A stretch of DNA of 64,000 nucleotides from a virus: the IMG/VR virus record IMGVR_UViG_3300033146_003848, positions 32,001 through 96,000 of that record; one strand, 5' to 3'. Shown here in pieces: positions 37,609 through 47,353 of this stretch. A program made the position numbers and the translations under genes. Position 1 is the stretch's first letter. Every line of letters begins with the position of its first letter. Under the pieces are notes generated by a model. It was not told the DNA's origin and searched no databases. It saw only the letters and a list, made by a program, of their open reading frames with translations.

Positions 37609-38167
37609 ATTGAATTTTAATTATGATGAAGCATTGCGATATAGTAAATATTTTGCAAAGAAGTTTTTTCATAATACAATATATTATGATGATGCTGTAT
37701 CTCATGGACTTTTGGAAACTGCTAGAGCGTGGGAAAAATTTGATCCATCTCGAGATATTAAATTTAAAACGTTTTTGGGTAAGCATTTAACTCTTTCTAT
37801 GCAGAATTATTGGAGATCAATGAATCGGAATCTAGAACGGAATATTGGAGTAACTTCAATTGATGATGTTATTGAATCTCATTTGCCTAGTGAAAATGAT
37901 CAAATAAATTTAGATCTTCAACGTTGTTCGCGACTAGTTAATCAGGCTCTTATTGAATTTAAAATGGGGGAAAACCATAAAATGCGACTTGATATAATTA
38001 AGGTGTTATATGAAAAGTTTTATTTAGAGCGAGAGCAAACTGAAACAGCAAAGGATATGAATCTTAGTCGTCAGAGAATTAAACAACTGGAACTACAGGG
38101 ACTAACATACATTAAGAATCATTTAAATAGAGTTCTAGGAAAACGTCATGCTAATCCATTTAAATAG
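37598..38167 (+). CDS. sigma70-family RNA polymerase sigma factor (regions 2 and 4)
   Basis: DDAVSHGLLETARAWEKFDPSRDIKFKTF; HTH QTETAKDMNLSRQRIKQLE. Confidence 0.85.
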   Translation: MMTKLNFNYDEALRYSKYFAKKFFHNTIYYDDAVSHGLLETARAWEKFDPSRDIKFKTFLGKHLTLSMQNYWRSMNRNLERNIGVTSIDDVIESHLPSENDQINLDLQRCSRLVNQALIEFKMGENHKMRLDIIKVLYEKFYLEREQTETAKDMNLSRQRIKQLELQGLTYIKNHLNRVLGKRHANPFK

Positions 38168-38204
38168 CAGGATTACATAGATACAATTTTAAGTTATATA
38201 AAAA

Positions 38205-38233
38205 TTGACTTTTTCAAATAAAAACGCTATACT
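38205..38233 (+). promoter_or_regulatory. sigma70-type promoter
   Basis: TTGACT-N17-TATACT. Confidence 0.65.
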
Positions 38234-38266
38234 AAATATAGAAAATTGAGAATAAAGAGGAAAATA

Positions 38267-39919
38267 ATGCTACAGTATCGAGAATTAATTCAAAAGTATT
38301 TTATGAAATCGAAATTTAAACCTCGTAAAGGTCAAATTGAAATCATTAATGATATTCTAACTAAGTATGTTGATGAGCAAAAACGATATGTGATTTTAGC
38401 CGGAAGTACAGGTATAGGAAAGTCGTTGATTGCGTTGATAGTTTCTGAATGTTTAAATGAATTGAAAGGACATAAAGATGTAAATCAATCATATATCGTG
38501 GCTCATACTAATGCATTATTGAAACAATATTATGATTCATATGAGGATGGATTTGATATTCTCAAGGTAATGGGTCGAAGTAATTATAAATGTTCGGTTA
38601 TGATGGGAACAGCAGAGCATTGCATTCGCTCACCTAAAAATTCTAGTGGAATTGATAATTGGTGTCGCACTTGTGAATATTTGAGAATTAAGCGAGAAGT
38701 GCATAAAGTGGATCATTTTTGCACAAATTACTCATATCTATTTACTGCTATGGGTTCTATGAAAAAGAGGATGATTACTATATTTGATGAGACACATTTG
38801 TTGAATGAGCAATATGTTAATCATGCTAAGATTGAATTGACTCCAATCATTTTGACAAAAATGATTGGAGATATGAAGAAACTTGGATATACTCAACAAG
38901 AAGATGTATTGAAGCAAACTCAAAGATTCTTAACTGCAAATAAGGTTCATGATAATAATTATATTGCATTTTTAGAAAAAATGCGAGATGTGTTTGAAAA
39001 GGTAGTGAGTCTAATTTCCGTTGAAATGGTGTCAGCATTGACTAATGATAATAAGAAAGAGTATGTGATGTTAAATAGCATAAATGCGAAATATGATATT
39101 ATGCTCGATAGAATTAATAAATTTTTAGATGAAAACTATGAGCATGTTGTTGATATTAAAGAAGGGTCATTCATTCTCTCTGCTATATTTATGAGAGATA
39201 TGTTCCAAACTATTGATACATCTAAGTATTATTTATTCATGAGTGCTACTATAGATAAGGAATATTTAATAACAACTCTATCGTTAGATTCGGATGATGT
39301 TGCATTTGTACAACCAGAACCAGTATTTAATCCTGAACACAAGAATGTTATTCTTTGTGATTTTGCATCTTTAAATTATAGGAACATGAGTGATGATAAA
39401 TTTATGACCTCATTATCTGATCAGATCCATACTATAATAAAAAATCATCCAGATGAAAAGGGAGTTATTCAAGTCACAAGTTTCAAAACAGGAAACTTTA
39501 TAGCCAAACGATTAAAAAATTATATTTTTGATAATCGATTGAATTTGAAAGTAGTACTACAATCATCTAAGAAGCCTTTGAAAGTGTTATTGGAAGAACA
39601 TAAAGATAGTGAGAAGCCAACTATATTAATAAGTCCTAGTTTATTTGAAGGAATTGATTTGCCAGATGACGATTGTAGATTTCAAATCTTAGTTAAGGCT
39701 CCGTATTACTCTTTAGGAGATAAACGAATAAAATATATACTAGATCGATTCCCAAAGATTTATACTAAGTTAGCGACGTTTAGAATGGTTCAAGCGATAG
39801 GTAGAGGAGTTCGTTCGGAAGAGGACTTTTGTGATAATTATTTTATAGATTCTAATTTGAATAGGTTATTCTTTAGTGAACATAATCTATGGCAAAATGA
39901 ATGTACAATCATTAAGTAG
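38267..39919 (+). CDS. DinG/Rad3-like SF2 helicase with Fe-S cysteines
   Basis: PRKGQ, GSTGIGKS, GRSNYKC...C...CRTC, DETH, MSAT, EGIDLP, QAIGRGVRSEED; start moved to ATG 38267. Confidence 0.9.
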   Translation: MLQYRELIQKYFMKSKFKPRKGQIEIINDILTKYVDEQKRYVILAGSTGIGKSLIALIVSECLNELKGHKDVNQSYIVAHTNALLKQYYDSYEDGFDILKVMGRSNYKCSVMMGTAEHCIRSPKNSSGIDNWCRTCEYLRIKREVHKVDHFCTNYSYLFTAMGSMKKRMITIFDETHLLNEQYVNHAKIELTPIILTKMIGDMKKLGYTQQEDVLKQTQRFLTANKVHDNNYIAFLEKMRDVFEKVVSLISVEMVSALTNDNKKEYVMLNSINAKYDIMLDRINKFLDENYEHVVDIKEGSFILSAIFMRDMFQTIDTSKYYLFMSATIDKEYLITTLSLDSDDVAFVQPEPVFNPEHKNVILCDFASLNYRNMSDDKFMTSLSDQIHTIIKNHPDEKGVIQVTSFKTGNFIAKRLKNYIFDNRLNLKVVLQSSKKPLKVLLEEHKDSEKPTILISPSLFEGIDLPDDDCRFQILVKAPYYSLGDKRIKYILDRFPKIYTKLATFRMVQAIGRGVRSEEDFCDNYFIDSNLNRLFFSEHNLWQNECTIIK

Positions 39920-40112
39920 TGAAGAAAAGAATAATGATTTAACTCTCAATGCACTTATCGATATGTATCAGCGAGAAATTAACGAATCTCATGCTGTCAA
40001 TGATCATATATTTTGAATAGAGTTATTTTAGATTTAGAAATTGATTTAGGACATTAAATGTGTCGATTTTAATTGAATATTGATATATTATACTAATTAA
40101 TATGAGGAAATA

Positions 40113-41138
40113 ATGAAGTTAGAAAGAATAAAAATAGTTGAAACTGAATATGGAAAGACCGGTAGATCTAAGAATTATAATTTCAACTTTAATAAAATCG
40201 ATGGATCATTTATGCGTTGGGGTCAAACTAAAGATGATGATCCTGAGTTTGGATATCCTGAGATTTTAGATTTAGAAATATCTGAGATTTGTAATATGGG
40301 ATGTAAGTTTTGCTACAAATCAAATGTTGAATATTCTGGTAGGAATATGACTTTGGACACATTTAAAATCATTGTTTCTAAGATGCCCAAGACAATTACT
40401 CAAATTGCATTCGGAATTGGAGATATAGATACAAATCCAGATTTAGCAGACATCATTAGATATAGTAGAAATCACGGTATAATTCCAAATTTAACGATTA
40501 ATGGAAGTGGATTGACTGATTGGTGGGCAGACTTTTTCTCAGAATGGTTAGGAGCAATAGCCGTTAGTATTTACGATAAGAATTTATCATTTAATGCTAT
40601 TGAAAAATTAACGTCTAGAGGGATGAAGCAGGTAAATGTTCATTTTATGATATCAAAAGAAACAAAGAGTCAAGCGATTGCAATGATTGATCATATTAAA
40701 AGTGATCCTCGTTTGAAGAAAATGAATGCTTTAGTGTTTTTATCATTAAAGCCTAAAGGTAGAGGAGAAACGTTCCATGCTCTTTCTCAAGATGAATTTA
40801 ATGAAATAGTAAACTATGCTATTCGTCAGGAAATATCAATGGGATTTGATTCATGTAGTGCTCCGAAATATTTAGAATGTATTAAGAATGATTTGGATTT
40901 TAAAGAAAAGGAACAATTAGTGGAGCCTTGTGAGAGTGGACTATTCTCTTCATATATCAATGTTGCTGGGGAATTTTTCCCTTGTAGTTTCGCAGAGAAT
41001 CATTCGTCATGGACTACAGGAATTGATGTGATTCATTGTGATACTTTTTTGCAAGATGTTTGGTCGCATCCTAGAGTTATAGAATGGAAAAAGAATTTAC
41101 TTAAAAACTGTAGAAATTGTCCGATTTATAATGTTTGA
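40113..41138 (+). CDS. Radical SAM enzyme with C-terminal SPASM/twitch domain
   Basis: CNMGCKFC (CxxxCxxC); FDSCSA, PCESGLFSSYINVAGEFFPCSF...CRNCP. Confidence 0.9.
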   Translation: MKLERIKIVETEYGKTGRSKNYNFNFNKIDGSFMRWGQTKDDDPEFGYPEILDLEISEICNMGCKFCYKSNVEYSGRNMTLDTFKIIVSKMPKTITQIAFGIGDIDTNPDLADIIRYSRNHGIIPNLTINGSGLTDWWADFFSEWLGAIAVSIYDKNLSFNAIEKLTSRGMKQVNVHFMISKETKSQAIAMIDHIKSDPRLKKMNALVFLSLKPKGRGETFHALSQDEFNEIVNYAIRQEISMGFDSCSAPKYLECIKNDLDFKEKEQLVEPCESGLFSSYINVAGEFFPCSFAENHSSWTTGIDVIHCDTFLQDVWSHPRVIEWKKNLLKNCRNCPIYNV

Positions 41139-41146
41139 GGTATATA

Positions 41147-41821
41147 ATGAAAATTAGACATGGATTCGTAAGTAATAGTAGCAGTTCAAGTTTTATTGTT
41201 GCTATGAACGCTGATATTAATGATGATGTTGACCGTATGATGAGTCAATTAGGGGATGTTAGTGGTAAATATTCAAGTGCGTATTTTGATAATGAACAGA
41301 TAGCATCTCGAATTTGTTTAGATAAAGGTCAAATAGTTAGTCGAAAAATGTTTGTTCAATTATTGAAGAATAGTTATTATAATTTAATTGATGAATTCGA
41401 ATTAGAACGCACATTATCTGATGTATTTTTGGAGTATTTTCTTTATGATGATGAGGAGGAGGATGAAATTATTATTGAAGATTTGAGCGATAGAGAAGTT
41501 GCGTATTATTGGAGTCGAATATTACATAAGTATGATTTATATGTAGAGTGGGTTGAGGAGATGCGAGTGAATCGTAGACCTGATTTTTCAGAAATCAAAA
41601 AACAAATGAGCCCAAAGGCTACACTTGAAGAACTATCTCAAGAGTATGATTATCAAACTGAAGCGTGGGCAAATCGAGAATATGATTTATTATTATCAAA
41701 AATGAAGAATTATCAGCGATTGTATTTATTTGAATATGATGATTATTCTGAGTTTGAGGAGTATTTACAATATGGTAATATTTTTAGGAATTTACCGCAT
41801 ATAGTGTTGGGGAATCATTAA
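41147..41821 (+). CDS. Acidic protein with N-terminal MKIRHGFVSNSSSSSFI motif
   Basis: GAGG RBS then ATG 41147, directly after the radical SAM gene. Confidence 0.8.
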   Translation: MKIRHGFVSNSSSSSFIVAMNADINDDVDRMMSQLGDVSGKYSSAYFDNEQIASRICLDKGQIVSRKMFVQLLKNSYYNLIDEFELERTLSDVFLEYFLYDDEEEDEIIIEDLSDREVAYYWSRILHKYDLYVEWVEEMRVNRRPDFSEIKKQMSPKATLEELSQEYDYQTEAWANREYDLLLSKMKNYQRLYLFEYDDYSEFEEYLQYGNIFRNLPHIVLGNH

Positions 41822-42144
41822 TGAGTTTACGAAAGATTTTGAGTAGATGGTTTAAAAAAGACTTCATTAGTCTAAAATGGGCATTTATTGACTTTAGATT
41901 GTGGGTTTTTGAATTGGAAGATAACAGTTCTGATCCTATTTGGATCGAAGAGTGCGATGTGGATATTAGATTTAAAAGTCATTATAAGGCTGTACCTTGG
42001 TATAAATGTATGTTTACATTTCGAATTCCATCACGAATTAGAAGTTATATATCTCATATAATATCGATTTTAGTGGGATTAATAGTGGGAATTGTTATAT
42101 CTGAAAATTATGAATTTTTAATGGAGGTATTTAATGTTAGTTGA
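41821..42144 (+). CDS. Hypothetical protein with C-terminal TM
   Basis: Coupled ORF. Confidence 0.55.
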   Translation: MSLRKILSRWFKKDFISLKWAFIDFRLWVFELEDNSSDPIWIEECDVDIRFKSHYKAVPWYKCMFTFRIPSRIRSYISHIISILVGLIVGIVISENYEFLMEVFNVS

Positions 42145-42778
42145 TACTATTTTGAATCGTGTTAGTGTAGTTGAGGTGTTGGATTTAATTGGAGAGTATT
42201 ATTATGATGGTGACTATGAGTACTCGAATCGACAAGGATTCTTGAAAACAATTCAAGAATTATGTCAAACAACATATTTGAAATCGAACGATGGGTTGAT
42301 ATTAACTATCAATCATTATGTGGATGAATATGATGGTGATGAATTCGAACAAGTGTCAGCAATAAAGAAAGATGAATCATTCTCATGGTCATTATCTTTA
42401 ACACCGTGGGCAGAATGGTTGGGATTAGAAGTGTCTAAGGAGACATTGAATAAATACACTGAAGGTGAAATTATGGCTCACATTCTTTGGGAAATGACAT
42501 TTTATGGATTTGATAGTAAGTCCGTTGAATCTCAAAGAGCAGAAATTTTTCAATTAAGTGAGGATGCGAAGAATGATCCGTCTAGTTACGTTTCAATGGA
42601 TGAATTATTTGCTGATTATGATATTGATTCGAATTTAACTTTGTCTGAATCGTTCGCAAAAGAGAGTGCTGACATCCTCGATGATAAAGATCGAACTATT
42701 GCTTTTTTCCAAAAAGCGGGGACACATAACAATGATGGAACATTAACTGAAAGAAATTCGTCAGGAGAAACCGAATGA
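42134..42778 (+). CDS. DUF6557-like acidic protein
   Basis: SLTPWAEWLGLEV...EIMAHILWEMTFYGF. Confidence 0.55.
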   Translation: MLVDTILNRVSVVEVLDLIGEYYYDGDYEYSNRQGFLKTIQELCQTTYLKSNDGLILTINHYVDEYDGDEFEQVSAIKKDESFSWSLSLTPWAEWLGLEVSKETLNKYTEGEIMAHILWEMTFYGFDSKSVESQRAEIFQLSEDAKNDPSSYVSMDELFADYDIDSNLTLSESFAKESADILDDKDRTIAFFQKAGTHNNDGTLTERNSSGETE

Positions 42779-42984
42779 ATTGGAAGTATAGTCATATAAC
42801 TCCATCTGGAGGGCATTTATATGAGCATATTAAAGAAGATCGAATAGTTGTGATTTATTCAAATCATTGTATATTTTATATGAATAGACATTTGAATATT
42901 CCATCAGCAACTGAGTTGTATTCTAGAATGCTACCGTTTATGTATAGTAAAAGTATTCGACGAAATGTCACGTTACGGAGATAA
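42775..42984 (+). CDS. Hypothetical protein
   Basis: AGGAG RBS, coupled. Confidence 0.55.
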   Translation: MNWKYSHITPSGGHLYEHIKEDRIVVIYSNHCIFYMNRHLNIPSATELYSRMLPFMYSKSIRRNVTLRR

Positions 42985-42985
42985 T

Positions 42986-43405
42986 ATGAAGTTTAGATGT
43001 GGATTTGTAAGTAATAGTAGTAGTTCAAGTTTCATTGCGGTTTACGCCAAAGTGGAATTCAAGAAAGCAGAAGATGTTTTGAAAAAATTAAATCTAGAAT
43101 CGATGACGAAAGATGAATTCATTGCTAAGTGGAAATATGAATTTGATGATGGGTTTGAAAATGATTGGGCAGGAGTTCAGTTAGATGTCCCATCAATTGA
43201 TGAATTGAATGATAAATCTAGATATGTGTATTTTGAATCATGCGACGAACACAATGACTCTGATTTTTGGGATGGAGGTGAGTATGATTATGACATTGGA
43301 CTGGACGATTTCAGCAGTCGAACTAAACAAATATTCAAACAGGTTAGCAACGAAAATGGGTTTACTGATATTAGTAAGGGCTTTGGAGCAGGACGAAATG
43401 GATAA
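42986..43405 (+). CDS. Second acidic protein with N-terminal MKFRCGFVSNSSSSSFI motif
   Basis: GGAG RBS then ATG 42986. Confidence 0.8.
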   Translation: MKFRCGFVSNSSSSSFIAVYAKVEFKKAEDVLKKLNLESMTKDEFIAKWKYEFDDGFENDWAGVQLDVPSIDELNDKSRYVYFESCDEHNDSDFWDGGEYDYDIGLDDFSSRTKQIFKQVSNENGFTDISKGFGAGRNG

Positions 43406-43436
43406 TTTTATTTGGAGTTAACTCGTTTCATTATTT

Positions 43437-43465
43437 TTGACTTAATTGTTATTATATGTTATATT
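43437..43465 (+). promoter_or_regulatory. sigma70-type promoter
   Basis: TTGACT-N17-TATATT with TG. Confidence 0.7.
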
Positions 43466-43479
43466 ATATATGTGAGTAG

Positions 43480-43950
43480 ATGATAATAATTTCGGAGAAG
43501 ATTATGTTAAGTGTGTATGATTGGGCATTAATGATAAATCAAAATTGTCAAACTCGTCAAGGTAAGATAGTGAAATTGATAGGAATTAAGATTGAAGGAG
43601 TAAATTTATCATTGTTCACAAGTAATGGGACATATAAATCATTGGAATTGACTCCTATTCTGAAATCATTCGATCAAATGAGCGAAGACGTTCGAAATGA
43701 ATTTGAGACCTTCATGATTGAAAGTAATATTGACTTTGGCTTTGAAAATCCTGAGTCATTTGATTATGATGAGTTTGGAATATCTTTTCATGAGGTATGT
43801 GAGAGCATTTGCTCTGAGAATCCTTGTTATAATTGTTATCAGCAATTACAGTTAGACTCAATGTTATCTGACTGGCTAACAAGACGAGGAGTCGATTGTA
43901 GAGAGTGGATTCCACAGAAATTAGCAATTAAATATTCAAAGGAGACATGA
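43480..43950 (+). CDS. Hypothetical phage protein
   Basis: LTPILKSFDQMS...WLTRRGVDCREWIPQKLAI. Confidence 0.65.
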   Translation: MIIISEKIMLSVYDWALMINQNCQTRQGKIVKLIGIKIEGVNLSLFTSNGTYKSLELTPILKSFDQMSEDVRNEFETFMIESNIDFGFENPESFDYDEFGISFHEVCESICSENPCYNCYQQLQLDSMLSDWLTRRGVDCREWIPQKLAIKYSKET

Positions 43951-43951
43951 A

Positions 43952-45379
43952 ATGATTCAAGTGAAAGGTAAACATACGAACGCTACAATATTCACTGATG
44001 ATGTGGAGAAAAGTTGTTTGTTGCAAATCCAAACATTCTGTAATCATCCAGTGTTTGATAAATTAAACATAGCAATGATGCCCGATACTCATGCAGGAAA
44101 AGGAGTTCCAATTGGAACTGTGGTAGCATTATCAGATAAGATAATTCCATCAGTAATTGGAGTTGATATTGCATGTGGAATGTTGAGTTTTTGTTTGGAA
44201 GTTGGAGATGAAAAATTTAAAGACTTTGATTGGATTAAATTTGATAAATTACTGAGAAGAAAATTGCCAACAGGAATGCATATTCATTCTCAAGGTATCA
44301 ATTTCAAACAGGAATTCCCGTGGTATGAAGCACAAAAACAATTTGATGCATTTAGAGATGAGTATATAAAACGATATGATAAAGAAATGCCGTATGTGGA
44401 ATATAATTACGAATGGTTCTTGAATCTTTGCACTAAAATTGGAAGTAATTCTCAAAATGTTACTCGTTCAATTGGAACTTTAGGTGGAGGAAATCACTTC
44501 TTAGAGATAGGAAGAAGTAAGGAAACTGGGAAATATTGGCTTACAATTCATTCGGGAAGTAGGAACTTTGGATTGAAAGTTGCAACATATCATCAAAAAA
44601 AGGCAGAAGATGTCTTGAAAGAAAAGAGAGTTCAATTGGAGAAAAATATTAAAGAAACAATATTGAATGACTCCACGAATTTACATAAGCGAAAAGAGTT
44701 ATTGCATGATGTAAAAGTGAATGCTAATTTAGATTTTGACTTAAATATTAAAGGACTTGAATGGCTTGAAGATGAAGATGCTGTTGAATATATGACAGAT
44801 ATGATTTTCACTCAAATGTATGCGGGATTCAATAGACAAACTATAGAGTATATTGCATTAGATTGTCTTCAAGAAAGTTTAGACATTCAATTTATTTATA
44901 ATGAGAGTATTGAGTGTATTCATAACTATATTGATCCTCATGATTGGTTCATTAGAAAAGGAGCCATACGAGCATATCAAGGAGAGAAAAGTGTTATTCC
45001 GTTTAATATGAGAGATGGACTTTTAATCTGCACTGGTAAAAACAATAGTGATTGGAACTATTCTGCTCCGCATGGTGCAGGACGAGTGTTGAGTCGTAGT
45101 GTGGCAAAACAAACAATTAAATTGGAAGATTTTCAAGAGACAATGGAAGGCATTCATACTACATCCGTCACAGCATCAACATTAGATGAAAGTCCATTTG
45201 TATATAAAGATTCGGAATTGATTGAAATATTAATTGAAGATACGTGTAATGTTTTAGAGCATGTTATACCAATATATAATATGAAAAATGCTTCTGAAAT
45301 ATATATGAAACAAAAAAAAGAGCGAGATGATGAGGAGAAGAAGAATTATTCTAATACAATGGGCTGGGAAATTAAATGA
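43952..45379 (+). CDS. rtcB: RtcB family RNA 3'-phosphate/5'-OH ligase
   Basis: MPDTHAGKG, GVDIACGM, GTLGGGNHFLE, IHSGSR, CIHNY, RKGAI, SAPHGAGR, DESPFVYK. Confidence 0.95.
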   Translation: MIQVKGKHTNATIFTDDVEKSCLLQIQTFCNHPVFDKLNIAMMPDTHAGKGVPIGTVVALSDKIIPSVIGVDIACGMLSFCLEVGDEKFKDFDWIKFDKLLRRKLPTGMHIHSQGINFKQEFPWYEAQKQFDAFRDEYIKRYDKEMPYVEYNYEWFLNLCTKIGSNSQNVTRSIGTLGGGNHFLEIGRSKETGKYWLTIHSGSRNFGLKVATYHQKKAEDVLKEKRVQLEKNIKETILNDSTNLHKRKELLHDVKVNANLDFDLNIKGLEWLEDEDAVEYMTDMIFTQMYAGFNRQTIEYIALDCLQESLDIQFIYNESIECIHNYIDPHDWFIRKGAIRAYQGEKSVIPFNMRDGLLICTGKNNSDWNYSAPHGAGRVLSRSVAKQTIKLEDFQETMEGIHTTSVTASTLDESPFVYKDSELIEILIEDTCNVLEHVIPIYNMKNASEIYMKQKKERDDEEKKNYSNTMGWEIK

Positions 45380-45474
45380 AAATGATTCGTTAGGTGTTCG
45401 AGAGATATATGCTGAAACGTTTGGAGAAGGGATTCGTTGGAAGAAAGATGAGCGAGAATCAATTATGAAATATA

Positions 45475-45855
45475 TTGGAGAAAAGTATGAAATATCTTGA
45501 TCATATAATTTCACATAGAAAGTGTATTATTGCATTAGAGAAGCATTTGACAGGGAAAAATACTTGGGCAATTAAGTTGCATGATTTAGATAAAGTGATA
45601 TTAACTAGATTGGGAGTTTCAAAGAATCGAACTCATAAAATTCATAGATTTTTCTCTAGGCATCATGCGGAATCATTTTGGATTAAAAAGAATGTGTTTG
45701 AGATGTTTTTGGATTGGGAGTGTGCTAGATATACTAAACCGGATAAACCATTAACTGCGATTGAAACTGCTCAGAAATATTATCCACAACATCTATCTCA
45801 GATATTAGATTTTCAAGATAAGTATGCTGTGAAATTAGTTGATTTTAAATTTTAA
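45475..45855 (+). CDS. Small HD-like domain protein
   Basis: H...H...LHDLDK, RHH, DWECARYTKPDKP. Confidence 0.55.
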   Translation: MEKSMKYLDHIISHRKCIIALEKHLTGKNTWAIKLHDLDKVILTRLGVSKNRTHKIHRFFSRHHAESFWIKKNVFEMFLDWECARYTKPDKPLTAIETAQKYYPQHLSQILDFQDKYAVKLVDFKF

Positions 45856-46154
45856 TGATGATATGAATAGAATGAAGAATAAAATGACATTTATTAAACG
45901 AATGATATATCAAGAGAAAGATGATATATTAAAAGTCATCGATGGTCAGTAATAGAGAAATTGAAGTTCTATTTTGGAGACAAAATCGAAGTGTGACTCA
46001 CTTATTCAAAACAGGATATAAATTTTACTTTACTGGACGAGATGAAGATAGAGAATATATGGAAACGATTCTTATTGCCTATATCAAAATTTAAAGCAAT
46101 GCTTTCAACTAAGTAGTCCACAAAACATTCGAATATCATCATCTTGAATATTAA

Positions 46155-46183
46155 TTGACAAAAACAAAAAAATATGATATATT
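46155..46183 (+). promoter_or_regulatory. sigma70-type promoter
   Basis: TTGACA-N17-TATATT with TG. Confidence 0.75.
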
Positions 46184-46220
46184 ATATTTGTAGTTTAATA
46201 ATAATCAATGTGAGAAAATT

Positions 46221-47276
46221 ATGATACCAAGTGAAATTTACAACAAATTAAATGAACATGTTATTGGTCAAGAACATGCTAAGAAAGTTTTATCGGTAGC
46301 AGTATATAATCACTATAAGAGAATTGACACAGAAGGACTCCAAGTTGATATTCAAAAGAGTAATGTGATGTTATTGGGTCCTACAGGAAGTGGGAAGACA
46401 TATTTGATTCAGACTCTTGCTAAAATGTTGGATGTACCATTAGCAATAGCCGATGCATCTTCATTAACACAAGCAGGATATGTTGGAGCAGATACTGAAA
46501 CTATTCTTAGAACGTTGGTAATCAATGCTGATGGAGATATAGTGAAAGCCCAACGAGGAATTATTTATATTGATGAGATTGATAAATTAGCCAAACGAGA
46601 TTTAGGGACCAGTTTGACTGCAAATCCATCATCAGAAGGAGTTCAACAAGCACTGTTGAAAATAGTTGAGGGAACCATTTGTGAAGTCCCAACTACAGGA
46701 CAACGGAAGAATCCTCACGGACAAACATTCCCAATTGACACAACTAATATTCTATTCATTGTTGGTGGAGCATTCATTGGAATGGAAGAGATGATTTCTG
46801 AAAATGGAAGTACATCTACAGTAGGATTCGGAGAGAATGTTGTGAAGATGAAAAGTGAAGATGTGAAAATATCAAAAACGTTAACTAGTCAAGATATCAT
46901 TCATTATGGTATGATACCTGAATTCGTTGGACGATTCCCAATTCACGCTGTTTTAAATGAATTGAGTGATGATGACATGAGAAGAATATTAGTTGAACCT
47001 AAGAATTCCATCATCAAACAATATCAAGAATTATTTAGAATTGATGGTGTCACTTTAACCTTCGATGATGAAAGTTTAGATAGTATAATTCAAAAAACAA
47101 AAGATGAAAAATTAGGAGCAAGAGGTCTTCGACGAACATTGGAGAGTGTAATGTTAGATATAATGTTTAATGCTCCGACTATGGAAAATTTAGATGGAAT
47201 TATTATTAATAAGAATGTTATCGAAAACGTAGAAGATCCTATTTATAAGTTTGTTGATGTTCAATGTGCATCTTAA
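46221..47276 (+). CDS. clpX: ClpX ATPase lacking the N-terminal zinc-binding domain
   Basis: VIGQEHAKK, GPTGSGKT, AGYVG, IDEIDK, GVQQALLK, VGF loop, PEFVGR, GARGLR. Confidence 0.93.
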   Translation: MIPSEIYNKLNEHVIGQEHAKKVLSVAVYNHYKRIDTEGLQVDIQKSNVMLLGPTGSGKTYLIQTLAKMLDVPLAIADASSLTQAGYVGADTETILRTLVINADGDIVKAQRGIIYIDEIDKLAKRDLGTSLTANPSSEGVQQALLKIVEGTICEVPTTGQRKNPHGQTFPIDTTNILFIVGGAFIGMEEMISENGSTSTVGFGENVVKMKSEDVKISKTLTSQDIIHYGMIPEFVGRFPIHAVLNELSDDDMRRILVEPKNSIIKQYQELFRIDGVTLTFDDESLDSIIQKTKDEKLGARGLRRTLESVMLDIMFNAPTMENLDGIIINKNVIENVEDPIYKFVDVQCAS

Positions 47277-47353
47277 TGAGTTGTATTTTAATCGGATGTA
47301 ATGATATAGTGATTTTTAGTGAGAATTGATAGTGTCACATAGGAGAAACAAAA

